Shown piece after piece: positions 1-13,020 of a stretch of DNA of 64,000 nt. Position 1 is the stretch's first letter. Each line of letters begins with the position of its first letter. The stretch lies in NCBI GenBank assembly GCA_964188305.1, contig OZ076893.1. One strand, 5' to 3'. Source of the stretch: Podarcis bocagei. Its lineage: Eukaryota. The position numbers and the translations under genes were made by a program. A model generated the notes under the pieces. The model made no database searches and was not told the DNA's origin. It was given only the letters and a program-made list of their open reading frames with translations.

Positions 1-1677
1 CAGTTCTGTTATTTTTATTTTACGGAGAAATCTATGGCTTAATTTTAACCCCCCCCCACAAAAGAGCAATATCAGGACTGGAGGCGGGCAAGTAACACAG
101 GACTCAGAATTTTGTGAGCTGCTAAGAATACGTTAATAAATGAGTTGATCAAGCAGTAGCGTCAAGTCATAAGTAGCAAGCATGGCTAGATGGGACCCTG
201 TTAGATGCTCAGGTGATACGATTACTTATGAGTGGAATGCTTTATTAGTGGAACTGTAGTATCACAGAGTTCAGGCCTGCAGATGCTCCTGCTTGCAAGC
301 TGCTCATTGACACAGGGGGTTAAACATCAGGTCATCACTGGTTAAATCCTGTATACTAGCGTATTTGCAAAAGTTGATTTGCAAGCAGTTGGCCATAACT
401 TTTCAAGGACTTTGTGCACATCATTAGGTCAGAATAACTGGAATGTAACTGAGGAAATGCCCATACAATCCAGACTGCACAGTATTTAGTTAATGGCATA
501 TTTAGTTCAAGAATAAAAGACCAATAAGAGGGGCAAAGAGTATCCAGACAGCAGTAGCCCATCTGCTGGTAAGTATTCCATTGGTAAGGTCAGGTACTAA
601 GCTGCAGATTCCATTACCCACAGCAGTGCATGTTTTGCACCCAGGAACCCAGGAGGCTGAATTGAGGGTGTTTAGACCTTTCACACAAGAAGCCCAAAAC
701 TTCCATATTTGAATGTGAAGACAATTGTTGTATCAAATCAGTAATGGGAAGAAGATGCCTTTCCCCTATACTCAGAAATTTAATGACACATATCTTTGAT
801 TTGTTCATTACCATTTCTTTGGGTGTCCATTTCTATCCTCCTGGAACACTTTTTCAGTGCTTGGCCTATAAAGAGCTTGTTTGGGGATATGGAATTAATA
901 GTCTGCCCAGCCTTGTAAATAAGCCTATAAAAGTTACCAAATAGCCTGCAAAACATTTTACTACCCTATTGGGAACCTGCAGAGAAGGGATAGGAAGGTC
1001 CACCCATCCTCCAGTAGCCCATTCCACTTCTATGCAGGATGTGGAGAAGGGGAGATTTCTCTCTCCTGTAACCCATTTGACATCTTTGCTGGGAGCAGAG
1101 GACAACCAGAACACTCCATCCCATCCTTTTCTGCCAGCCTGCTTACTTGCCTGTGTGCAATATCTTGTTGCCTATGGCTACCAGGTACCTGCTTTAAATA
1201 CATGGCTAGCATGGCCTGTTGTCTTTGGTCCAGTTTGATTTCTAGGTTTAATGGCCACTTAGTCCAAACAAACAGAACAAACATCAAAAAGTTTGGTCTT
1301 ATGAGTGAGGAAAGAAGTGAGCAGATTACATGTCCCTTTAGATCTATCTAGATTTTAGTAACTTTCTCTTTTCCCTTCTTCTGCCGTTTTAAAAAATATG
1401 TAAATACTAAAGTTCTTCAGCAGGTGATTTTTTTCAAAGGCTTTTCTCTTGGTCTTCCCTGGTGGAGAAATGATTGCTGCCCCACAGAAAACAATTCAGG
1501 TCTCCAGGATTTTACTGTAGCTGTGATTGGGGAGTTGCATGTTAAATCAAAAACAAAAGGTAGCAGCAAAGAAAGGAGCTTGTGATCTTTCTAGGTTAGG
1601 TCCTACTTCATACAAAAGGTTATTTTCTTCTGAATTTCTCAACATTAAAAAAAATGCTCTGTTAATACTGATGTATT

Positions 1678-1760
1678 CCACTATTATTATACCTTTATTG
1701 CAGGAGACAAGATTGAGGCTGAGAGAATTGGGGTTGTGCCAGCCCTGCAAACTAACCTAG
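1678..1760 (-). mobile_element. MIR-like remnant
   Basis: Reads tattattatacc.ttattgcag...ttgaggctgagaga, similar to 25192-25340. Confidence 0.4.
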
Positions 1761-4700
1761 GGCTGTTAATACCAATTTTGCTGAAATTTTGGGGAGAAGG
1801 TAGTATATGCCATATCTGCAGTGTAGTTCAGCATTGTTAATCTAGCATTTTGCTTTTTGCATTTTTAAAAAATGAAATGCAGTGAGGAATAGAATGTGAA
1901 GTTACAGCAGCCTAATTAATTAAGGGCTGAAGGAGGTGATGTTAGCCAGAAAAGAACCGAGGGTTTCAGTGATGAGTAACGGAAATCTGGATGCCAGGTC
2001 CACTTTCAGATGGACAACACACCTACCTATTGAGAACCTGCAGAGGGCAAAGGACCTGGTTTTTCAGAGGCCTTCTCACTGCTAAGTCGCCAAATCTACC
2101 AGAAATAGATCTTTGAGGTTTTTACTAAAATCAAGTAGTATATAAATTTTATGAAATAATAATAATTTTATTAAATATGAAATAAAGTAGATCTGTTCTC
2201 TGATGCTAGTTTTGTTTGTTTGCTTTTTTATTTATTTGAATTATTTACTTTGCCTCTCCCCATACCCATGCTTGAGACGCCTCTGTTTTAAAGCTATTTG
2301 AGCTGGTGGTCATCACATCTTCTTCCATTGCCTCTTTTTCACATTTTCTAGCACTGTGGTAAACTTCTTTAAAATTGAGGTGAACAGATTTGCACACATA
2401 CTCTTCATATATCCTGACCCAGAAAGTAAATTTGGACAATTGGCATATATGTGAAGTTAGGGATTTTTGTTCAGTGAGGAACACGTTGAATTTACTGAAT
2501 TGTTTGGGGTTTTTTAAGTTTTTTAAGTTGTGAAGCTTAATTAAAAAGTAATATTTTCTTTTTATAGATATTCCTGTTCCTGTGTGTAATGTGAACAACG
2601 GTTATAAACTATAACACCTAAAAAAAATCAATTTTATTTTCAGTGTGTCTAAAGAAAAATATAAAACAGAGAAAATAAGGATCAAGTTTCAGTCTGAAGC
2701 AAACAAAACATGTATGCACATGTGTGCACTCACACCTGAAACGGGGCAGGCAGAGGTAGATCCAGCCACATCATCTTAAATGTTTGTGTTGTCTCACTAT
2801 GCCTGAAATAATTCCTGAGATTAATACAATGTCAGTCAAAGACTTGCAAGTGCATCACTAGGGATGGATATAAAGGGTGAATGGAAAGGATTTGTGCCAA
2901 CGTACTGCATAGATTTGAAGTAATGAGTAAACTATTCTGGTTTGTATTATGACTAACTGACAATAAATCTTGGTAGTTTCTGTTTTAGATACTGTTTTGT
3001 TCCCCCAAGTCTATATATATAAAGTGGGCAATGGTTACAAGAAGAATTACTGATATGGATTACAGTCAATGAGATTTTTTAAAAAAGTTAAGGAAATGCA
3101 ACTGAATTTCCCAGTTTCTAGTTTAGCAGCAGAGAATTGAAGGTAATGTATAGTTTGTTTGCATGGGTTCATGTGGTAGGAAACCAGATTTTATTTCACT
3201 TCATTACTACATGATAAATAATGGCAGTAGACAATCTTTCTTGGTCAAAAGCAATTATTTCAGCAGTGTAGATAATACAAATTCCTTAGCTGCATAATCC
3301 CTGAAGTACAAACGTGCCAGGGAATTGCAAGTGTATATTTAGTAAGCTCTGTTTTTAAATGCAGCAACTAATTGTAGGTAGATTTTTTAAAATTTTTTTT
3401 TTACCATAAAGCTATGTTTTCCTCAGCCTCTCCATCTGCTCTTTTTGACACCCCTGTCATTAACTGTCATTTTCCTTTAAATATACAGTGGAGCTGAAAG
3501 GCCAGCTCTACACCACATCATTTCAGATTAGGGGCACTTCGTTTGAGCTGAGCACTGTTTAGGTGTCAGAAAGAAGTCTCTGACCTCTCTCGCACCACAC
3601 TGCCGCAGGCCCTTAATTAGTACTGACTCCAGCCATTACTGCAGAAAGGACAAAGACGACCACATCATTTTTCTACTTAGGAAGTTAGCGTCTGACCTAA
3701 TAACTTGTCCAGACTCGTGCGACACTGTAATGATCACACAATGACAGTGGGATTATTTGTCAGGTTCTTTCCTCCCCTAAACCTAGGATAATCAGGAAAG
3801 TTAAGAGTTGTATCTCTCACACCTTCAAGGGCTATTTTAGGTTCTCATTCAGGTGATCTCACAATAATGAATAATGGTCTGAGAGACAGGAGAGAGTGGA
3901 TGAGGCAGCAACAAAGCATATCCCTTTTTTGTACCAGCCATAGATAAAATAGGAATAAATAGGCATTCGCTTTGGAACACTTGATCTCCTGCAATTTTAA
4001 TTAAATAGGAATTTCCTAGGACCTTGGTAGATGCTGCTTCAAATAATTTGCCTCATCCCTCAGAACAACAATCTCTTTTGCTGAAGCTGGACTAGCATCA
4101 GAACTGTAAGTTGTAAACACCACAGTGTTTCAATGTCAACTGAATATTACCAGTCTAATTATAATGCTATGCTGATGTGATCACATAGAAAAGAAAGTGT
4201 GTTAATAAGCTGTATTTCAACATTATTTTTCCGGGGGTGGGATGTTCTCTCCTGCCTAGTTTCTTGTTCTTCTTTTAGTTACATAGAAAAAACAATAAAG
4301 AATAAAGCTTTAGAAATTATTTTCATAATAACTGCTTTATGTGGGGTTGAAAAATATGAAAGTAAAGAAATTTGACCATGGCTGTTTTTGGACTGAAGGA
4401 TTCTAAGCCTATACAATATTTTTCCCAGGTTTTAAAAAACATAATGGAAAATGTGTTATTTGAAATGCTGAAGGCAATTTTTATCTTACTTAAAGGATAA
4501 GGTGGTGTTCTCGGCAGTTTTCCGTTGCTTCTTTAGGTTTGATATGAGTTCAACAGCTAGTAGAAAACTACCCTGCATATGTTAGTCATCCCGGAGTTAA
4601 TACCATTGAGAATGGTCATACCAGTGCTCAGAGAAACAGCTAGTGGTGCTACAGGGCCCAAGAAAAAGAGAATGCCTGGCCAAAATATCAATTATAAATT

Positions 4701-5399
4701 AAAGCTTGAGATGGAAACCAAAACTGAAGATTCAAAAATGGCTAAATATTATCCGTAAACACACATTCCACCAATTAATTCGGGTCTGTGATATCTGTGA
4801 GCAGTATTGCACAATTTCGTGAGAAATTAGAATATAAAGCAACAGTTTTTCAGACATGCCTAGCTCAAGCCTTTCATGCTCCACAATACTCATACTATGG
4901 CTTGTGATGTAGTTTGCACAGTAAGATAAAGTGGTGCTCTGTGACACTCGAATTTGTAATATCAAACAAATATCGCTTAGTAGTATTGGATGATAAACGG
5001 TTGTGGTTGGTTTTGTTTTTTTTTTGTTTTTTTGCACAATTGAGCATTAACTGATGATAGATTTACGACTTTGACAGTTACGTATTTGGGAGTGTTCATT
5101 GTTTATATCCAGTCTATCTGTACCCTTAAAAGATATGTAACCTCTTAAAAAATTAAACTTTCAGTAAGTGCAGAGCAATTGTGTATTGCATAGCCTCTAA
5201 GACACACATATAACACAGCCCAGAGCTTGTCATGTTTATGCATGTGGCTGACACATTGATTATGCAGAAAGTAATCAACACTATTTGTGAAAAACACTGC
5301 ATAAATTTGGTCCAGCTCTATACCCTACGAACATAGGTAACAAAATCCATGGAAACAAACTACACCCTATTAAGAGACTGGTGAACATGTTGGAGATAA

Positions 5400-5960
5400 T
5401 GGCCTCATTTCAATGTAACATGAAGCTGTGGTTTAGCATTATGAGGATGAAGCTCAAGCTCACAATCCCCCCTTCCTCCACTGGTGCAGCAATGAACAGA
5501 AATTCAGAAATTTCTGGTTATGTTTATACCCAAGCAAGCTGTAGTTAGCTATGGTTTAAGGCAGGGTCAGCAAGGCTGCTGAGACATTTCCCCCTCATCT
5601 TGCATTCACCTTGTTGCAAATGAAAAAATAGGGAATTGGTTACAGTACACAACACCAGAGCGTTTCCTCTCCTGGCTGCACTGCTGATAGCCAGGCAGAG
5701 ACCCAGAAGGCATGATAAAATCTGTGGATTTTGCCTTGGGAGATTCCCATCCCTGACTTAAAGAAACAAACCAGCTGACTTGTTTTCCCTAAACCATAGT
5801 TGAGCTTAACCATAGTTCCAGGCTCAGCGACAGTTAATAGAAAACAGATTCAAAAACTTGCAATGTCCTATTGTGACTATGCCAGAGAAGAAGGGGAATG
5901 CATGAGCCTGAGGCTCACCCATATAGCGCTAAACCATAGTTTAGTGTTACATATAAACCA
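5400..5960. mobile_element. Old palindromic MITE with a possible nested hAT-like MITE (5562-5755)
   Basis: Inverted blocks tggtttagc/gctaaacca and atggtttaa/taaaccat. The inner element reads CAGGG...CCCTG with decayed 8-bp flanks. Confidence 0.5.
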
Positions 5961-6194
5961 GATCAATCTATTGATGAATCTGTTTGCAGGGGTACTATTC
6001 TCAAATGAGAACTAAAAACTTCCCTGTATTAAATTTGCAGAACCAGGTTCAAAACATCACTTTTATATGCTGCCAGCTTAGGATTCACATTTTTAGCCCA
6101 TTGTTTTCCAATGTAATTTGCGGATATGTTACCCAATTTTGATATGTACACACAAATTCATTTTGTGTGTGTCTGGAGGAAAATGTAAGTAGTA

Positions 6195-6414
6195 CAGTTG
6201 TACCTCCGGTTGCGGATGGGATCTGTTCTGGAACTCCGGTTGGATCCTGAGGTTTCCGCAACTGGAGGGACCGCTTCTGCACACGCACATGTGGCAGTAG
6301 AGCACTTCTGCACATGCGCGCGCGGCAAAAAACCGGAAATATACTTCCGGGTTTGCCGCTTATGTATCCCAAAGTTTACGTAAATGGAGGGATACCTAAG
6401 CGGAGGTACGACTG
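6195..6414. mobile_element. Tc1/mariner (Tigger/pogo-like) MITE
   Basis: TA|CAGTTGTACCTCCG ... CGGAGGTACGACTG|TA, with a 13/14 TIR match. Confidence 0.9.
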
Positions 6415-7593
6415 TATTTTCAAATCTCAATTTCATTGTTGACCTTTTTTTGCTAGTAGAGATATGATGGGTGCCTTTCCCAACATGTAGTCAATAATAG
6501 ACCCTTTTATGGTTAGTAAGAGACCATTTCCAATTCTGCATAAAAGCATTTTAAAATGGCATTATTAAAAGACACCAAGAAAAAAGTTCCCAAGTACTGC
6601 TTGTAATACACAGTAAGGATGTGCCAGAAACTAAAGAAGTACCTGAAAAATCACAGTTGTAGCTGATACATCATTCTTCATTTATGCCTTCTCTCTCTAC
6701 TCCTGCTCCAAGGAAGGAGTGTCAATCTTAACTAAGCATTTTCTCATTTCCCCCCAGTGATTATTATTATTAATTTCTTTGAATATTTTTTTCTTTCTTA
6801 CCATGGATCAGTTTGGAAGCTCATCTAGGTCCTAAAACATATTCAACCATGTATTTTGCTTACTTTTAATCAACCTGTTCTTCTGAACAAGGTATGGAAT
6901 TGATAGCCATTATTGATCGCTTGTAGCATTACCTAATCTTCACTAAATGTAGGAAGCTTTTCAGATTTAGAAAGGTGGCAGAAAATGTCTAGTAATGATG
7001 CTGCTGGGAATTCAGACTCAATATTGTGGTCAGTAAAAAAAGGGATGCAGCTCTAAGAGGTATTTTATTATAAGCCTATTGGCTTTACTAAGTGTTCAGG
7101 CTAGTCCAATAATATTTTGATAATGACGTATTTAGCAGAAACTTCTAAATTTCAGTTTTTCTAACTGATGTCAATAAAAAATATTTGTGTTATCCTGCCA
7201 GCTGTTTTAACATAGGGTAACCAGTGCTGCAACACTTAATACATTGTAGAAGAAAAATAATACAGTAGCAAAGCATAGATGGAAATGTCATTAGGGATTC
7301 AATACAGAGAAATCTTACAAGAAATTACTAAAACTAATATAAACATGACCTTCACTGTGTTTCAGTAATTATCCTAGTCCAGATGATGGCATTTTTATCA
7401 TGATTTTCTTTTTCTGCCCCCTTTGTTTTCATTTTTATCCGGTTACTTCACTGGTGAATAATTGCTAAAGGGAACCCATTATGCAAGGCGAGCGTTCAGT
7501 TTGCAAGAGAACTTGCTTGTAGCTATTGCCACATTTGAACCTCACTAATGTATGTAAATTAAAAACTATGGTATTCGGATTGCTCCTGTTTGA

Positions 7594-7773
7594 NNNNNNN
7601 NNNNNNNNNNNNNNNNNNNNNNNNNNNNNNNNNNNNNNNNNNNNNNNNNNNNNNNNNNNNNNNNNNNNNNNNNNNNNNNNNNNNNNNNNNNNNNNNNNNN
7701 NNNNNNNNNNNNNNNNNNNNNNNNNNNNNNNNNNNNNNNNNNNNNNNNNNNNNNNNNNNNNNNNNNNNNNNNN
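7594..7773. other. N block, 180 bp
   Basis: Counted directly. Confidence 0.97.
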
Positions 7774-9374
7774 AAATTCATTGCTCACGGCAAGTGTATT
7801 TTTTTAAAATTCGAAAGACAAAGCAACTCACAAGGGTTATTTAGTAATCAGTGTGAATTACTTCAAGGTATAAACCCCACTGGAAAAAAAATTAAAAATA
7901 CATTTGCTGTATGGGAAGCATTATTGCTTTGGGTGTTACAATTTAATTGCATATTATCCTATAGCTTTTTAGACCACTTTTCTTTCAAAACCCCTTATTT
8001 TGAGAATAAAACTGCATAATCATGTGCAACAGGATTATTATATTGAAGAAATATCTCCTTGTCCTTCCAGCAGATATGTCTTCTGTGACTTGTATACCTT
8101 AGGCTGTGGAGGGTATTTTGTTTATTCAGAAGGACATGTAAAAGGAAGACGTGCAGTGTAAAGCCATCTCTTTTCCCATTTCAGATTTACAATAATAATG
8201 TTTCATTTATACTTATGTATTGATGTCCCAAGGCAATGTTCCAAATGAAAAGATAATAACATATGAAAAAGTGTCAAAAACTAATTACGTTTTGTAACTT
8301 GTTTTTCCTTCACATAAAGTATATTTTTCACAACACTGTCCAGTCACATGCTGGGATTCTTGCTAACATTATCACATGCCAGTCACACCAGGTCTCAGTG
8401 GTGCCTCTCCTTCTGTCATTATTTTCAGCATCAATTAATTTTCTCCTGACCTCAGCTTTAGAAAATGTTGCAGAGAATTATCAGTGCATGCTTTGCTGAG
8501 TCTATTTTGAAAGCATTAGGCCGCAATGTTTTTTTCTAAGATGGAGTAGGCCAAACATTATATTTTCTCACCTGCAGGGTTGCCTAGTAACCTGAATTAA
8601 GGATTTTTGCCAAGCCTTCAAGAGAAATAAAAGACTGTAATGCTGGTTGACCCAGGTTGGGGGTGGGGACTGGAGTCAGACCCATTGATATTGATCAGAA
8701 TTTTGAATAAGGAAATATGAAGCAAAAACCTCATTAACATTCACTGTGGAAGCAGTTCTATAGCTCATACAAGCTGATTTGATCATGCAAACTGAGGATA
8801 CTACATCTTTCACAAATGTTAAATTTCTATTATTCACTGTGCTTTTCTGTGACGTTTTGATGGTTTTTCTGTCTGTCAAAGAAAGAAATATTGACTACAG
8901 AAGAGATTTTAAAAGGCATCTTCTGAATAGGTAAATATACCTTGGAGAGAACGCTTTCCAGAAACATGTTTGCTGCATATGTTAGGTAGTGGTTCACATA
9001 GATTTGTTCAGCATTCATTTAATCACTTCAAGGGATGAAATTCCTTGTTTAATGTATTGCCATTGAAAAAGAAAGATCAGTGTACTTTAGAGGTGGGGGT
9101 CATTCTTTGTAACGCTATTACAGCTTTGTCCTTGACATTAGAGATTCCTGGAGGGGGGTGGAATTAGATAGGAGGAGGAGGAGGAGCATGGAGTAGAAAT
9201 TTCTGCTTCAAAATAGTAGCACAATTAGGAAATCAGCACCAACGACGGTCCTCGGCAAATGATGGTGTCAGGCCACTAAGGGCTGAGGGTGGCAGGGATG
9301 ACATTCACCCTTGCAAGATGGAAATAAATGCCCAGTTTGATAAAAGAAAACAGACAATTTATGTATACCCTGAA

Positions 9375-9786
9375 NNNNNNNNNNNNNNNNNNNNNNNNNN
9401 NNNNNNNNNNNNNNNNNNNNNNNNNNNNNNNNNNNNNNNNNNNNNNNNNNNNNNNNNNNNNNNNNNNNNNNNNNNNNNNNNNNNNNNNNNNNNNNNNNNN
9501 NNNNNNNNNNNNNNNNNNNNNNNNNNNNNNNNNNNNNNNNNNNNNNNNNNNNNNNNNNNNNNNNNNNNNNCTGCCTGTGGCANNNNNNNNNNNNNNNNNN
9601 NNNNNNNNNNNNNNNNNNNNNNNNNNNNNNNNNNNNNNNNNNNNNNNNNNNNNNNNNNNNNNNNNNNNNNNNNNNNNNNNNNNNNNNNNNNNNNNNNNNN
9701 NNNNNNNNNNNNNNNNNNNNNNNNNNNNNNNNNNNNNNNNNNNNNNNNNNNNNNNNNNNNNNNNNNNNNNNNNNNNNNNNNNNNNN
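9375..9786. other. Two N blocks (9375-9570, 196 bp; 9583-9786, 204 bp) separated by a 12-bp island
   Basis: Counted directly. Confidence 0.97.
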
Positions 9787-10637
9787 ATGTACTAGATTAT
9801 AAAACTTAAGAGTAGTGTTTATAGAAAGCATGCAAAACACTTTATTAGCAGCAAAGTAGGCAAAACATGCAGCGAGTTATTCCAGTGTTTGCAGTTTGTG
9901 AGCAACAGCTGTGTTTCTTAATGCTACAACACCCCACAGCCCCCCTCCATTTTTGTTGAAGGCCATAGTTCGGCCTTTCTATCCGTCTAAGCCTCAGTGA
10001 GACATAATGGGAAATTTGAGTAGGCTATGAGATTAAAGCTAGGAATCGATGGCTAGCCAGCAATTGTCATTTTCAAAAACATTCTTTTATCTTTTTAAAT
10101 ACAAAGCAGATCTTCTCCTCTTTAAAAAAAGAAAAGGGAAAAAAATTTAAATGGACAAAATTACCTTTGTGTGTGCAAGTATGTATGACAACCCATATAA
10201 ATTTTAATTTAATTGCTTAGAAAGGACATTGAGCTGTCAAATTTTTATCAGCCATAGGAATTTTAAAATGGTTTCCTCTTTGTTTAGTAACACAATTGGA
10301 ATGGATGATAGGCTGTATGTACATGGTTCTTATATGCAATATAATGTGTTTCAGTAAAATACTCTTTATTCTTAAAGGTAATATTGGAATGCATTAGAAC
10401 ATTAAAGTGAAATAGTCTCAGATCTCACTGACTCTGTTAGGTATTCAGCATTTAATAAAATATGGCTTGATTTGAAAGAACATTTAACCTTATTGTTTCA
10501 AAAGAACTCTTTGTCCTCTGTTTTACCTCAAAATTCATAGGTTGTAAGTGGCCCACAGAGTAATGCATCATTTAGTTTATGACATCTAATAAAGGTCTAC
10601 TGCATGCATTAAAACCAGGTGTTTCAGTATTTTCCTT

Positions 10638-10707
<70 letters not shown>
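10638..10707. repeat. (TTG)n microsatellite, about 23 units
   Basis: Read directly from the sequence. Confidence 0.98.
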
Positions 10708-11227
10708 ATCCTATTGTTCTTATACAGCCTAAAGAGAATGAATTCCTATTTGTGTAATTTTATATTTATACCTTTAATTAAGATATAACAAATTATGTGA
10801 GTGATCTGTCTTCACCCAAAGCTTATGTAAACATGAATTCATATATTTGAAAAAGTGTGCATGAATCTTTGTATGTCGTGTGTACGTCCATACATAAGAT
10901 TAAAAATTCTGCATTGTCAATCATTTCCTAATACATTAAAATGAGATTATTGTTAAACTACATTTATGAATCAGAAAGATGGCTACCAGTAAATGAAAAA
11001 CAACTTCAAACCTATTTCCAAACCTATAGCTGGACCATCATATTCCTTTGTTCTTGCGCAGGTTAATAGAGATTGAGGAGATGGGCAGAGGAAAAGCAGT
11101 GCAATTTTCTGCTATTTAAGCTTGGCGAAATGGCACTCTTCAGGAAGCAGCAAAAAGTATGAAAGCGTAATAGGCATTTTAAAAGTAGAAGTCCATATAG
11201 CTGCTTGAGGGATCCTCAGATTTAGGC

Positions 11228-11583
11228 NNNNNNNNNNNNNNNNNNNNNNNNNNNNNNNNNNNNNNNNNNNNNNNNNNNNNNNNNNNNNNNNNNNNNNNNN
11301 NNNNNNNNNNNNNNNNNNNNNNNNNNNNNNNNNNNNNNNNNNNNNNNNNNNNNNNNNNNNNNNNNNNNNNNNNNNNNNNNNNNNNNNNNNNNNNNNNNNN
11401 NNNNNNNNNNNNNNNNNNNNNNNNNNNNNNNNNNNNNNNNNNNNNNNNNNNNNNNNNNNNNNNNNNNNNNNNNNNNNNNNNNNNNNNNNNNNNNNNNNNN
11501 NNNNNNNNNNNNNNNNNNNNNNNNNNNNNNNNNNNNNNNNNNNNNNNNNNNNNNNNNNNNNNNNNNNNNNNNNNNNNNNNNNN
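11228..11583. other. N block, 356 bp
   Basis: Counted directly. Confidence 0.97.
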
Positions 11584-12132
11584 ACTTTCAGTAAGGAAAA
11601 GATACATAATGCTTACAAGCATCTGCAAGCAAGTGGTTTTTTAATTGCTATACAAACTATGCCTTAGTTAATTACTTCTAAAAGAATGAGAGTGTTGTAG
11701 AATACCATTTTTGGGGGGCTTCTGGCAGCAGAAGTAAATTTAAGTGGACAATTCTGTGTCTTCAGTGCATATAAAGTGCTGTGGATATATTCATTATAAA
11801 TTTTGAAATTCTTATGCTGCAGCTAATGTATTGCTTGTTGTGATAGTTATGCTGAACAAGCCGTATTGTTAGTTAACAGTGCAGCAGAGTCTTCAGATTT
11901 GGGCCTAGTTCTCACAGAAATGGATATTCTGAATTGAAATACATGTTGAAATACATAGCACAAATAACAAACCAAAACTGAAAGACCAATTTACCCAATT
12001 TTACGCAATCAAGCAGTTAAGCTGAAAAATCTGTGTCTGAACTGTGCGACTTCAGACTCCATGTGTAGGCTCACATAATAGAATATGGCTCCATATAGAA
12101 ATAAAATTAATCTCCCCACAAAGCAAACTAAA

Positions 12133-12516
12133 CAATAATGATGATGATGTATTTATACCCTGCCCTTCTGGCTGGGCTTCCCCATCCACTCTGGGCGGCT
12201 TCCAACAAAATATTAAAATACAATAGTCCTTCAGATCTTAAAAGCTTCCCTAAACAGGGCTGCCTTCAGATGTCTTCTAAAAGTCTGGTAGTTATTTTTC
12301 TCTTTGACATCTGGTGGGAGGGCATTCCACAGGGCAGGTGCCACTACTGAGAAGGCCCTCTGCCTGGTTCCCTGTAACTTCGCTTCTCGCAGTGAGGGAA
12401 CCACCAGAAGGCCCTCGGCGCTGGACCTTAGTGTCCGGGCAGAATGATGGGGGTGGAGATGCTCCTTCAGGTATACAGGGCCGAGGCTGTTTACGGCTTT
12501 AAAGGTCAGCACCAAT
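12133..12516 (-). mobile_element. L2-clade LINE 3' end
   Basis: ORF 12231-12515 (LTFKAVNSLGPVYL..RTLRSS..RAFSVVAPALWNALP..FRRHLK) is a typical L2 RT C-terminus, followed by the 3' UTR and a trinucleotide tail. Confidence 0.9.
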
Positions 12517-12582
12517 GTGTCAGAAAGAAGGATTTACCCAAAGTGGTACAATCCAAGTACAAATTTAACAACTCAGATCTAA

Positions 12583-12654
12583 ATTCCTGCATTGCAGGGG
12601 GTTGGACTAGATGAACTTTGGGATCCCTTCCAACTCTACGATTCTATGATTCTA
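12583..12654 (+). mobile_element. CR1-type 3' tail (truncated CR1 or CR1-tail SINE)
   Basis: Reads ttcctgcattgcagggggttggactagatga...cccttccaactctacgattctatgattcta. Confidence 0.8.
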
Positions 12655-12678
12655 GGTCATGGTTGGAGGCTAAAAATA

Positions 12679-13020
12679 CAGTGGTGCCCCGCAAGACGAA
12701 TGCCTTGCAAGACGGAAAACTCGCTAGACGAAAGAGTTTTCCATTTTGGAGGTGCTTCGCAAAACGAATCTCCTATGGGCTTGCTTCGCAAGACGACAAT
12801 GTCTTGCGAGTTCCTGCTGGTTTTTTTCCCTCCCCCCTTTTCTAAGCCGCTAAGCCGCTTATCAGCTGATCCGATCAGCAGATAAGCCGCTAAAAGCCGC
12901 TAAAAGCCGCTAATAGCGCTAATCCGCTAATCCGTCAATGGGCTTGCTTCGCAAGACGAAAAAAACGCTAGACGAAGAGAATCACAGAACGGATTCTTTT
13001 CGTCTTGTGAGGCACCACTG
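12679..13020. mobile_element. Tc1/mariner (Tigger/pogo-like) MITE
   Basis: TA|CAGTGGTGCCCCGCAAGACGAA ... TTCGTCTTGTGAGGCACCACTG|TA, with a 20/22 TIR match and internal TAAGCCGC repeats. Confidence 0.92.

Noticed and set aside
10579-10788. Poly-cysteine ORF
   Set aside because: It is a translation of the (TTG)n microsatellite.
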